Origin: Nemertoderma westbladi | Lineage: Eukaryota > Animalia > Xenacoelomorpha | Direction of reading: 5' to 3' | Length of the DNA: 64,000 bases | Assembly: GCA_032718475.1 (NCBI GenBank) | Contig: JAUCBJ010008242.1 | Location: forward strand, 77,589 to 141,588 | In this document: positions 26,647 to 39,623 of the stretch, in pieces | Layout of the letters: each line of letters starts with the position of its first letter | Position numbering within the stretch: the first letter of the stretch is position 1 | Position numbers and translations under genes: made by a program | The notes under the pieces: generated by a model | Seen by the model: only the letters and a program-made list of their open reading frames with translations | Database searches by the model: none | Told to the model about the DNA's origin: nothing

Positions 26647-26759
26647 ACGATTTTATATAATACATAAGGGCTTTCTAGAAAAAATTAAATTTCATGTGAT
26701 GTTTTACATTTTTGTATTTTGACTTTGACTCGGTAGTGTGAACGCGGCCTAAGAGTAAA

Positions 26760-27230
26760 GACGACCATCTCTTGGCTTCAGCAATTCTTAGATTAGAAAT
26801 TTGGAACAAAATCTGGTCGGTAAGTCGGATGATAATTTTAAAGATCTAGGTGTCATTGTTTGCTCGAATTTGGAGATTAATATTTACTGTAAAGAGGAGG
26901 CAGCTACGGCTCTCAAAATAGTAAATCTATTATTTCGTTGTTTTTATACGAATAATATGAGAAGAGTCTTATGCTAACAGAGCCTATAAAAGTTACATAC
27001 AGTACGACCAATCATTGAATACGAATACCGTACACCTATATGGTCTCCTTTTCAACTAGAGAATATTGACTCAGTCGAACGTGTGCAGCGTCGCATTACT
27101 CGCAGGCTATATCATATGCACGTTTTGGACTTGGTACACGTTGGTACAAATTATAATCGTTTACAATTTCTAAATTTACAACCACTTCAAGTTCGTAGAA
27201 TTATATTTGATATGAAAATGACTTTAATAT
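26760..27230 (+). mobile_element. Decayed CR1-group LINE 3' fragment
   Basis: FKDLGVIVCSNL, YKSYI/RPIIEY and WSPFQLENIDSVERVQRRITRRL. Confidence 0.85.
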
Positions 27231-28279
27231 AGTAGCTTTAATATATAAATTTTTAATATAGTTCTTAATAGGCCACTAATTTGTTTTTTATTTTTATTTG
27301 TGTATTGTTTGATTTTATAGACCGAATCGCTTTACTTTTTTTTACTTTATTCGTTATCTTGTTTTTATTTAAATTACCGGTAACTGATAATTATGTTTTT
27401 TGGTTATCCAGCATTAGTGTAAGTGAAAATAATTATTTCGAGTTAACACTAACGTAAGTCAGTAAGTTTTTGTCATGTGCTGCAACATTGCCTGACTTTG
27501 ATACCGGTATTGATACCGGTACTGGTAGCCCGAACATCAATTATTGTCGCTGTCCCCAGTCAGCCAGTCTCCCCCCACCACCGTTGTCGCTGCTTCGGGC
27601 TAGGCCTACTTTATTCGTATCATCGCGATTTTGAAAATGAATTCTGAATTGCTAAACGCTGACCATCAACGCAGTCAAGCTGTCAAGCACAAGCTGTCAT
27701 GGTTACGCGCTAAACAGTCAAAGAAATCAGGCAATACTGCAATGGCAGTACCGGTATTGCATATTAGCAATTCTACGTTTGCCAGTTTGCTCCTTTCTCT
27801 GCTGCTCTGTTCGCTGCCTGAACTAGGCCTGTAGACTGTATGTAATGTACTATGTAGCAGTATAGGCGACTCCAGGAACTGCACTACATCCTGACCCTGT
27901 GAGTATATGACCAGCTGACTATGGACTACCGGCTGACCGGTAGTACCGGTACTGTAGTAAGCTGTAGTACTGTCTGACTACTGACTGTAGTCAGGTAGTA
28001 GGCCTACTCCACTCCCTACTGCTGTTGCCGTACGGTCTGACGGCAGGACGGTACAAGGCCTAGTGTAGTATTGTCTACTGCCTACTGCGTCTGTCAGACT
28101 GTAGGCCTACCTAGCTGCCTAGTCCAGTAGTCCACTACTCAGATAATCTGATAGTAGAGTAGGCCTACCGTACCGACACAGGACAGCAGGATTATACATA
28201 CAGGTATCTGGGTTATCAGGGTATAGCTGTATAGCAGTGCAGTATACGTGATACGATACGGTATTGCCCTAAATTCACG

Positions 28280-29065
28280 ATGAAGATATTCGTGGGTAAG
28301 CTTCCCGATTTGGTAACGTCCGATGATCTTCGTAAATTATTCGAAGAATACGGGAACGTTAGCGATTGCGATCGTTTGCATGATAAGGATTACGGATTCG
28401 TACACATGCACCGCGAGAAGGACGGCCAGGCTGCGATCGCGGCGTTGAACGAAAAAATGTTCATGGGAAACCGAATCCGCGTCGAAGCGTCGCAAAGTAA
28501 ATCGGGACGAACGAATAGTTCAGACGGGTGTCACAATTGCGGCGAGTTAGGCCACTTCGCTAGAGAGTGTACCAATACGGGTAGGCGCGTGATTCCGAGA
28601 TCGCGTGAAACGGTTCGCGAATGGGGACCACTCGAGAGTTACATGGACGCCGCTGTCCGGAGGAGTTCGTATGATCGCTACATCGAGGAACAACGTAAAC
28701 CCTTCCCGGAACTCCCGCCAGGGTTTATCGAGTTTCTCGATTACTTCCGTGAGAGCATGGCTCGTCGTGGCCGGGATCGGAGCCCACAGCGCACGCCGGA
28801 GGAGTTAGTGCGGCAGTTTATCGATCGGGATCGCGGTAGGCTCACGGCGTCGGCCGCCCCTCGCTCCACCTTCCGGGACTACGACGCGTATCGCTCGGTC
28901 GCCGAACCGCCCGCTGTACCGATGCATCCGCCCCCGCCGTTGCCGTGGGAGACAACGTCTTCGTCGCTTCGACAGAGCGCCGAAGCGGCCGCCGCAGCCA
29001 GCGCTGCTGCATCGTACTACGAACAACGTCCCACGGTGTCCGGGTACGCCAGCTACAAGTACTAG
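28280..29065 (+). CDS. RBM4/lark-like RNA-binding protein (one RRM, CCHC knuckle, Ala-rich tail), intronless CDS, 261 aa
   Basis: RNP2 KIFVGKL, RNP1 KDYGFVHM, FEEYG.V..CD, knuckle CHNCGELGHFAREC, AAAAASAAASYY tail; AATAAA about 25 nt after the stop. Confidence 0.85.
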   Translation: MKIFVGKLPDLVTSDDLRKLFEEYGNVSDCDRLHDKDYGFVHMHREKDGQAAIAALNEKMFMGNRIRVEASQSKSGRTNSSDGCHNCGELGHFARECTNTGRRVIPRSRETVREWGPLESYMDAAVRRSSYDRYIEEQRKPFPELPPGFIEFLDYFRESMARRGRDRSPQRTPEELVRQFIDRDRGRLTASAAPRSTFRDYDAYRSVAEPPAVPMHPPPPLPWETTSSSLRQSAEAAAAASAAASYYEQRPTVSGYASYKY

Positions 29066-30567
29066 AGGTTATCCTCATTTTATGTCTAAAATAAAACTAA
29101 TTATATAAAACTTGGGTTCATTTTATTTTATTTTATGTCGAACACTTACTTTTTATTAACTATCTGACTATGGCGTGACGTAGATTATATATCGCTGTTT
29201 TACAAGAAACACATTGTAATTTCGTAGATTACCGAGTTTTTTTTCGGTTTACTAGTCGTATAATACGAGATCGGACTGTTTACCGTTTTGCCGTACTAAC
29301 AATCGCCGACCGTTTACTCTGGTCTCGGAAATTGGTCGAGAATTTATTGCTGTTGACCTGCAGGCTATCGATAAATTCACCGGATACTCTAAGGATCCAG
29401 ACCGGTGTTAAGAGATCGGTTTCCGCGAATCAGCAACTAAATTAATCTCAGTTTATTGCGTTATATCGTTATACAGATAAGTTTCGGGGATGCGAATCGT
29501 TACACACTTACGTCACTAGCAATATTTTCTTGTCGTTCTCGTTGTTCGTATATAATTCGAGTGGTTTTACCTATCGGTTACTTTTGCTTGTAATCGTTAA
29601 CTCTCTGCATTGTTTGTGTGTTAAATTGGCAGTAAATTATTGTAAAAGAAAGTTAGATCGTTTTCATATCCGAATACGGCTGGAGTGATCGTGGCAGGAC
29701 CGATGATGCTGTGTGGGGGGGGGGGGGGGGGTCTATCTATATCCAAGCTTTGGGCTTATAATTTAAGTATCATGGTTGGAAACATGATGTATCGCAAATA
29801 TCCCTCCTGCTCATGGGTTTATATATTAACAATAATAATATTTTATAAATAAATAAATATAAACTCTAACTAATATTATATTAATAAATCAACTATTACC
29901 TTTATGGTGCGTAAAGTAGCACTTTATAGGATTTATATGACTATTCGGGTGGGTTTATAACTTTACATCCCCCATACCTTACACCCACTCCACAGTGTAA
30001 GTAATTATTTACTACTAAATGTTACGAAGCACATTATAATAACAGTAAGAGGATTCGTCACATAACAGTAACTGTATATATCTGATAGTGAAGTAGAATG
30101 GCAACGTCAGCAAACTAATAATTTTATTATATTTAAATAGTAGACTAACACCAACTAGCAGACTGTACCGGTCCAGGTAACACTACCTCCATCTACTATA
30201 ACTTCTAGGTAGATAGAATTATATATTTAGGTACAAATGTTTAGTCTTTGATGCAATTAAATCTTATTATAAAATGTGGATCGGTACATGTGTTACATTA
30301 CACACACTAAATAATCATTGCACAGACGCAACTGGAGCGGAAATATCTGCAACGCATAACAAATAGTGCACCGAATAGGCCAGTTGTAAAAACTCACAAA
30401 ATACGGCGGGAGATAAATACCACGTGAAATAAAATAACTGAGATAAATACCACGTGAAATAAAATAACTGTCTTCGATTATAATATGTTGTGCTGGTTGG
30501 GTGGGTGAGGAGGGGGGTGGGGTGTAATACAGTCTCACGTACTGACGTACTTCCGAGAGTTATTACG

Positions 30568-31278
30568 TCACTGCATCGTGAGGAAGGCGGCGCGCGACCG
30601 ATCTACGTCTTTGAGTTCCACCGCTGAAACCATCGGGCCGCTTCTCGTCGGTTTATTTTGAGCCGACGTGTAGAGCATCACCGCTACAACGACAACCGCT
30701 GCGCCAGCCCCGAACCGGTTCGAGTAACGCGTTTCTAGGAAGAGCCAAGAGGCGACGCACGATAGGATTATAGCGAACGAGGTAGCGAAACCTTTTAGAA
30801 TGTTATCCGCGTATTTAATGACGACCGCTACTATCAGCCCCCCGGCCGCCTGCAGTCCGATAACGCAGTAAGTTAACTCGTTGTATCCGTAGAAAAAACC
30901 GTCGCGTTGGATGTTACTGTAATCGTTGCTAAGCAACGCAATCACCGCGAATAGAATTTCCCCGAGACAGAGTTGAATGTTTCTGTGCCAGACGGATGTT
31001 TCGCCACTATTTTTAAGCATTTTCTCGAAGTAAACGCTCGCGAAACCCGAGCACAATGTGGCTACAAGCACCGCGCCGAAGCCTGTCATTATATTGTGGT
31101 GGTCTACTAAGGGGGTTGTTTCCGTGGTAACTGGGGCGGTTGCTATGGAGTCGTACTGCACCAATCCTATTCCGGTAAACAACAGCAACAAGGCGCCCCA
31201 TTGGCTGGCGGAGAGTCTTTTGGATAACATTGTGACCGAGAATAATGCTGTGGTAAGTAGCTTCAACTGGGAGCAGAC
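30568..31278 (-). CDS. SLC35A2: SLC35A-family nucleotide-sugar (UDP-galactose-like) transporter, exon 4 of 4
   Basis: Acceptor ttag|GTC; VCSQLKLLTTALFSV, SGFASVYFEKMLK, GGLIVAVVIKYADNILKGFATS. The four exons join in frame to 374 aa. A2 versus A3 assignment is tentative. Confidence 0.9.
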   Translation of the reverse strand, partial: VCSQLKLLTTALFSVTMLSKRLSASQWGALLLLFTGIGLVQYDSIATAPVTTETTPLVDHHNIMTGFGAVLVATLCSGFASVYFEKMLKNSGETSVWHRNIQLCLGEILFAVIALLSNDYSNIQRDGFFYGYNELTYCVIGLQAAGGLIVAVVIKYADNILKGFATSFAIILSCVASWLFLETRYSNRFGAGAAVVVVAVMLYTSAQNKPTRSGPMVSAVELKDVDRSRAAFLTMQ

Positions 31279-31416
31279 CTAACGATAACAGTTATTGCAT
31301 TAATTAATTAATTATTGTAATAGTATATAATGTTAATTGAGAAGGGCGATCTGAAAACTACTGATATACATCCACAAACCCCGTGATCCATATTGTCAAC
31401 TATCTTAACTATAAGT

Positions 31417-31795
31417 TAGTGTTTAAACGGGATCCCGATCCCGAAAAACCGGGATCCCAGTGAAAAATGCGACCCCATCCCCATTTTTTTTGGAACTGGA
31501 TCCCGAAGTCCATCAGCAGAACGGAAATGTTTTGATTTTATCGAATTTTTATGTCAGTAAACCAGCCAGTAATCAATTACAAAATAATTTAAATATATAT
31601 AACTTTATCTCACTAGTATTTCAGAAGTGTAAGATAAAGTGATTGTAACCAAAAACAAAACAGCCACATATACTTTAAGGAAATCCCTTTAAGGAAATCA
31701 ATCCAAAATTGCAATCCTGATCCCAAAAACGGGATCCCGAGAGTGATAATCCCGATACCCGAATTCCCGAAAAGTATGATCCCATTTAAACACTA
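31417..31795. mobile_element. hAT-like MITE in SLC35A intron 3
   Basis: TIR TAGTGTTTAAA(C/T)GGGATC, subterminal GATCCCG repeats, and 8-bp flanks ctataagt / gtataaat (6/8 match). Confidence 0.75.
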
Positions 31796-32147
31796 GTATA
31801 AATCCAACATTTTAAATTTCCTCTGGAAAACCCCATGCCCACACTCTCACTGTTACATAAGTCTCTTAATCCAATATACTTACTCCCAATAAGCCCCATA
31901 TAATCCATCTCCAACAAATAATACCCATAATCCAATGTCACTCTTAAGTCCTATAGATTATCCAATACACTCTTACTCTTGTGTAAGTCTACTTTTATAT
32001 ATAAGTCCCATCCAACAGTATCACTCTTATGAATGAATGGGATAATCTTTAGGTTCATTAAGCCAATGAATGGCTGTTCTCCATAATGGGTGATCTTCTA
32101 CAATATATCCTTCCACTGACTCCAATTATCACTCTTATGTAAGTAGG

Positions 32148-35100
32148 TAAGTCCCATAAACCAATATACACTCACTCTCACAACAGTCCCAAAATAAATC
32201 CAATATAGGTTACCTGGTAAGTCCCATAAACCAATATACAGTCACTCTCACAACAGTCCCGAAATAAATCCAATATAGGTTACCTGGTAAGTTCCATAAA
32301 CCAATATACATACACTCACTCTCACAACAGTCCCAAAATAAGTCCAATATAGGTTACCTGGTAAGTTCCATAAACCAATATACACTCACTCCCACAACAG
32401 TCCCAAAATAGATCCAATATAGGTTACCTGGTAAGTTCCATAAACCAATATACACTCACTCTCACAACAGTCCCGAAATAAATCCAATATAGGTTCTGGT
32501 AAGTCCCATATACACTCACTCTCACAACAGTCCCAAAATAAATCCAATATAGGTTACCTGGTAAGTCCCATAAACCAATATACACTCACTCTCACAACAG
32601 TTCCAAAATAAATCCAATATAGGTTACCTCGTAAGTCCCATAAACCAATATACACTCACTCTCACAACAGTCCCAAAATAAATCCAATATAGGTTACCTG
32701 GTAAGTTCCATAAACCAATATACACTCACTCTCACAACAGTCCCGAAATAAATCCAATATAGGTTACCTGGTAAGTCCCATAAACCAATATATACTCACT
32801 CTCACAACAGTCCCGAAATAAATCCAATATAGGTTACCTGGTAAGTCCCATAAACCAATATACACTCACTCTCACAACAGTCCCGAAATAAATCCAATAT
32901 AGGTTACCTGGTAAGTCCCATAAACCAATATACACTCGCTCTCACAACAGTCCCAAAATAGATCCAATATAGGTTGCCTGGTAAGTTCCATAAACCAATA
33001 TGCACTCACTCTCACAACAGTCCCAAAATAAATCCAATATAGGTTACCTGGTAAGTTCCATAAACCAATATACACTCACTCTCACAACAGTCCCAAAATA
33101 AATCCAATATAGGTTACCTGGTAAGTTCCATAAACCAATATACACTCACTCTCACAACAGTCACGAAATAAATCCAATATAGGTTACCTGGTAAGTCCCA
33201 TAAACCAATATACACTCACTCTCACAACAGTCCCAAAATAGATCCAATATAGGTTACCTGGTAAGTTCCATAAACCAATATACACTCACTCTCACAACAG
33301 TCCCGAAATAAATCCAATATAGGTTACCTGGTAAGTCCCATAAACCAATATACAATCACTCTCACAACAGTCCTAAAATAGATCCAATATAGGTTACCTG
33401 GTAAGTGCCATAAACCAATATACACTCACTCTCACAACAGTCCCGAAATAAATCCAATATAGGTTCTGGTAAGTCCCATATACACTCTCTCTCACAACAG
33501 TCACAAAATAAATCCAATATAGGTTAGCTGGTAAGTCCCATATACACTCACTCTCACAACAGTCCCAAAATAAATCAAATATAGGTTACCTGGTAAGTCC
33601 CATAAACCAATATACACTCACTCTCACAACAGTCCCGAAATAAATCCAATATAGGTTACCTGGTAAGTCCCATAAACCAATATACACTCACTCTCACAAC
33701 AGTCCCAAAATAAATCCAATATAGGTTACCTGGTAAGTCCCATAAACCAATATACACTCACTCTCACAACAGTCCCAAAATAGATCCAATATAGGTTACC
33801 TGGTAAGTTCCATAAACCAATATACACTCACTCTCACAATAGTCCCAAAATAAATCCAATATAGGTTACCTGGTAAGTTCCATAAACCAATATACACTCA
33901 CTCTCACAACAGTCCCGAAATAAATCCAATATAGGTTACCTGGTAAGACTCACTCTCACAACAGTCCCAAAATAAATCAAATATAGGTTACCTGGTAAGT
34001 CCCATAAACCAATATACACTCACTCTCACAACAGTCCCGAAATAAATCCAATATAGGTTACCTGGTAAGTCCCATAAACCAATATACACTCACTCTCACA
34101 ACAGTCCCGAAATAAATCCAATATAGGTTACCTGGTAAGTCCCATAAACCAATATACACTCACTCTCACAACAGTCCCAAAATAGATCCAATATAGATTA
34201 CCTGGTAAGTTCCATAAACCAATATACACTCACTCTCACAACAGTCCCGAAATAAATCCAATATAGGTTACCTGGTAAGTCCCATAAACCAATATACACT
34301 CACTCTCACAACAGTCCCAAAATAAATCCAATATAGGTTACCTGGTAAGTCCCATAAACCAATATACACTCACTCTCACAACAGTCCCGAAATAAATCCA
34401 ATATAGGTTACCTGGTAAGTCCCATAAACCAATATACACTCACTCTCACAACAGTCCCAAAATAAATCCAATATAGGTTACCTGGTAAGTCCCATATACA
34501 CTCACTCTCACAACAGTCCCAAAATAAATCCAATATAGGTTACCTGGTAAGTCCCATAAACCAATATACACTCACTCTCACAACAGTCCCGAAATAAATC
34601 CAATATAGGTTAACTGGTAAGTTCCATAAACCAATATACACTCACTCTCACAACAGTCCCAAAATAAATCAAATATAGGTTACCTGGTAAGTCCCATAAA
34701 CCAATATACACTCACTCTCACAACAGTCCCAAAATAAATCAAATGTAGGTTACCTGGTAAGTCCCATAAACCAATATACACTCACTCTCACAACAGTCCC
34801 AAAATAAATCCAATATAGGTTACCTGGTAAGTCCCATAAACCAATATACACTCACTCTCACAACAGTCCCGAAATAAATCCAATATAGGTTAACTGGTAA
34901 GTTCCATAAACCAATATACACTCACTCTCACAACAGTCCCAAAATAAATCAAATATAGGTTACCTGGTAAGTCCCATAAACCAATATACACTCACTCTCA
35001 CAACAGTCCCAAAATAAATCAAATATAGGTTACCTGGTAAGTCCCATAAACCAATATACACTCACTCTCATAACAGTCCCAAAATAAATCCAATATAGGT

Positions 35101-38053
35101 TACCTGGTAAGTCCCATATACACTCACTCTCACAACAGTCCCAAAATAAATCCAATATAGGTTACCTGGTAAGTCCCATAAACCAATATACACTCACTCT
35201 CACAACAGTCCCGAAATAAATCAAATATAGGTTACCTGGTAAGTTCCATATACACTCACTCTCACAACAGTCCCAAAATAAATCCAATATAGGTTACCTG
35301 GTAAGTCCCATAAACCAATATACACTCACTCTCACAACAGTCCCGAAATAAATCCAATATAGGTTACCTGGTAAGTCCCATAAACCAATATACACTCACT
35401 CTCACAACAGTCCCAAAATAAATCCAATATAGGTTACCTGGTAAGTCCCATAAACCAATATACACTCACTCTCACAACAGTCCCGAAATAAATCCAATAT
35501 AGGTTACCTGGTAAGTCCCATAAACCAATATACACTCGCTCTCACAACAGTCCCAAAATAGATCCAATATAGGTTGCCTGGTAAGTTCCATAAACCAATA
35601 TGCACTCACTCTCACAACAGTCCCAAAATAAATCCAATATAGGTTACCTGGTAAGTTCCATAAACCAATATACACTCACTCTCAGAACAGTCCCAAAATA
35701 AATCCAATATAAGTTACCTGGTAAGTCCCATAAACCAATATACACTCACTGTCACAACAGTCCCGAAATAAATCCAATATAAGTTACCTGGTAAGTCCCA
35801 TAAACCAATATACACTCACTCTCACAACAGTCCCAAAATAAATCCAATATAGGTTACCTGGTAAGTCCCATAAACCAATATACACTCACTCTCACAACAG
35901 TCCCAAAATAAATCCAATATAGGTTACCTGGTAAGTCCCATAAACCAATATACACTCACTCTCACAACAGTCCCAAAATAAATCCAATATAGGTTACCTG
36001 GTAAGTCCCATAAACCAATATACACTCACTCTCACAACAGTCCCAAAATAAATCCAATATAGGTTACCTGGTAAGTCCCATATACACTCACTCTCACAAC
36101 AGTCCCAAAATAAACCCAATATAGGTTACCTGGTAAGTCCCATAAACCAATATACACTCACTCTCACAACAGTCCGAAAATAAATCCAATATAGGTTACC
36201 TGGTAAGTCCTATAAACCAATATACACTCACTCTCACAACAGTCCCAAAATAAATCCAATATAGGTTACCTGGTAAGTCCCATAAACCAATATACACTCA
36301 CTCTCACAACAGTCCCAAAATAAATCCAATATAGGTTACCTGGTAAGTCCCATATACACTCACTCTCACAACAGTCCCAAAATAAATCCAATATAGGTTA
36401 CCTGGTAAGTTCCATAAACCAATATACACTCACTCTCACAACAGTCCCAAAATAAATCCAATATAGGTTACCTGGTAAGTCCCATAAACCAATATACACT
36501 CACTCTCACAACAGTCCCAAAATAAATCCAATATAGGTTACCTGGTAAGTCCCATAAACCAATATACACTCACTCTCACAACAGTCCCAAAATAAATCCA
36601 ATATAGGTTACCTGGTAAGTCCCATATACACTCACTCTCACAACAGTCCCAAAATAAATCAAATATAGGTTACCTGGTAAGTCCCATATACACTCACTCT
36701 CACAACAGTCCCAAAATAAATCCAATATAGGTTACCTGGTAAGTCCAATATACACTCACTCTCACAACAGTCCCAAAATAAATCCAATATAGGTTACCTG
36801 GTAAGTCCCATATACACTCACTCTCACAACAGTCCCAAAATAAACCCAATATAGGTTACCTGGTAAGTCCCATAAACCAATATACACTCACTCTCACAAC
36901 AGTCCCAAAATAAATCCAATATAGGTTACCTGGTAAGTCCCATAAACCAATATACACTCACTCTCACAACAGTCCCAAAATAAATCCAATATAGGTTACC
37001 TGGTAAGTCCCATATACACTCACTCTCACAACAGTCCCAAAATAAACCCAATATAGGTTACCTGGTAAGTCCCATAAACCAATATACACTCACTCTCACA
37101 ACAGTCCCAAAATAAATCCAATATAGGTTACCTGGTAAGTCCCATAAACCAATATACACTCACTCTCACAACAGTCCCAAAATAAATCCAATATAGGTTA
37201 CCTGGTAAGTCCCATAAACCAATATACACTCACTGTCACAACAGTCCCGAAATAAATCCAATATAGGTTATCTGGTAAGTCCCATAAACCAATATACACT
37301 CACTCTCACAACAGTCCCGAAATAAATCCAATATAGGTTACCTGGTAAGTCCCATAAACCAATATACCCTCACTCTCACAACAGTCCCAAAATAAATCCA
37401 ATACAGGTTACCTGGTAAGTCCCATAAACCAATATACACTCACTCTCACAACAGTCCCGAAATAAATCCAATATAGGTTACCTGGTAAGTTCCATAAACT
37501 AATATACACTCACTCTCACAACAGTCCCGAAATAAATCCAATATAGGTTACCTGGTAAGTCCCATAAACCAATATACACTCACTCTCACAACAGTCCCAA
37601 AATAAATCCAATATAGGTTACCTGGTAAGTCCCATAAACCAATATACACTCACTGTCACAACAGTCCCGAAATAAATCCAATATAGGTTACCTGGTAAGT
37701 CCCATAAACCAATATACACTCACTCTCACAACAGTCCCGAAATAAATCCAATATAGGTTACCTGGTAAGTCCCATAAACCAATATACACTCACTCTCACA
37801 ACAGTCCCGAAATAAATCCAATATAGGTTACCTGGTAAGTCCCATAAACCAATATACACTCACTCTCACAACAGTCCCAAAATAAATCCAATATAGGTTA
37901 CCTGGTAAGTCCCATAAACCAATATACACTCACTCTCACAACAGTCCCAAAATAAATCCAATATAGGTTACCTGGTAAGTCCCATAAACCAATATACACT
38001 CACTCTCACAACAGTCCCAAAATAGATCCAATATAGGTTACCTGGTAAGTTCC
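32148..38053 (-). repeat. ~5.9-kb minisatellite (~100 units of 60 bp, some 51 bp) made of the exon-3 end plus splice donor
   Basis: Minus-strand unit GG(G/A)ACTTACCAG|GTAACCTATATTGGATTTATTT(T/C)GGGACTGTTGTGAGAGTGAGTGTATATTGGTTTAT. The terminal unit overlaps the real exon junction at 38042/38041. Confidence 0.97.
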
Positions 38054-38159
38054 TGCATCCAAATTTGAAGTAGCAACAAACTGTAACAAGTTTTGCACCG
38101 TGTAAATAAAGGAAGGGACTATCATTTTCAGTGTTTCTACTTTGTTTTCAACTATGGAT
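38042..38159 (-). CDS. SLC35A2: SLC35A transporter exon 3
   Basis: tacag|A TCC...SIVENKVETLKMIVPSFIYTVQNLLQFVATSNLDAGTYQ|gtaacc; phases match both neighbours. Confidence 0.9.
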
Positions 38160-38783
38160 CTGTAACGAAAAATTAATAGGAAAAGTGATATTTGTATAAA
38201 TACTGGTAGAATCAGTAACTAGTTATCTTTAGCAACTAGAAACTGTTCTAAGTGTAACTCCTCTGGTAATATTATCACTATACAACATCACTACCGAACC
38301 TTGCAGACAATAAAGGCACCCCTCAATCGCAATCATTTATAAAACTATATAACATTCATCCCTTCGCCTTTGTTAGTTGCAGGTTTTTTAAAGAAGACTG
38401 CGAACTGACTTTTACAATGCAATTTTACATTTACGATTACTGCTTTAATAAAAATATACCTGGACCGGTTTGTTTTATTCCGTTTTAAAATATTAATTTA
38501 TTTTATGACGATGTACAAAACTTAATTGAGTAATCTAGTACTTTAGTATAATATCAATTACTCCTATCTATCACAATAATCGCTGGGCTCGCAAAACAAC
38601 TCACACTGTAATCAAATAAAATGAAAAATTAACCATAATTAAGAAAATATTTAAATGATTCAATTATTGCTGTAAGAAAGCGGTAACATTTGGCGGTAAG
38701 TGAGAGATATATTTCTCCATAATGAAATTAAACTCATATTATTGAATGAATCTCTTCAATATTTATTTAAAAAGGTAACTCAC

Positions 38784-39006
38784 CTGCGTAAACTATTAGA
38801 AAATCCAGCGAAGCTTCTTTCTTCATAACATAAAATGATAGCTAAGCATATTATAAGTTTAGTAAGTTCGTAACACAGTACAGCTGTAGTGCTGTAATAC
38901 ATGGGGCCTTCCTGCGTACGTGAGTAACGCATTAAAACAATAAGCGACGCGTTCTGAACCGTGAGTAATACTAAACTCGAGTATTTAACGAGTCCTGGGG
39001 ATTCAT
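38784..39006 (-). CDS. SLC35A2: SLC35A transporter exon 2
   Basis: tgcag|..VKYSSLVLLTVQNASLIVLMRYSRT..STTAVLCYELTKL..AG|gtgagt. Confidence 0.9.
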
Positions 39007-39623
39007 CTGCATAGAAAAAGGTTGCAATGAAATAAAAGGAAAGGTAATTAAAAATATTATATTATATTTAATATCGGAGCAGGTAATTGTAAAAAACCCT
39101 AGCGGGAGTGGGGAGAGGTATAACATGTATAAGGTTTAACACATAAACTGCTGATCTGTTAGTAACATAAATTATTTTTTCTTCATTGACGTACGTCATC
39201 ACGATAAGAGATACAAATTAATTTTAAATAGGCGCTTTATGATCATGTTATTACTTCAGATAGAGGCGCACATTGACCGCAAGTGAAAATAGTGATCTTC
39301 AGCGCAAATTGACCGCAAGTGAAATGACGTATAGTTTATTGTTTTGGTTTGAAAACACCGCCATTGTAACCTGCTCCTTTCCCTTAATGTTTTAAATTAA
39401 ATTAATTGTTCAAACCCACTGAAACTTATTTTGTGTTTGCGGTCATTTTGCGCCATTGACACTATTAGATACCTTCCGCTACTAATTAAACGTATTTAAA
39501 CCGATCGCGATCGGGAATAATTTGTTCGGTATATGAAACTTTTTATTTTGGACATTTTTTGCTGTTATAAACATCTAGATATTGATACATTTTCAATTTT
39601 TTTGTGAAAACCAGTGTACCAAT

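Noticed and set aside
32148-38053. CRISPR-like array
   Set aside because: No unique spacers and no cas genes; the units are contiguous copies in a eukaryotic intron.
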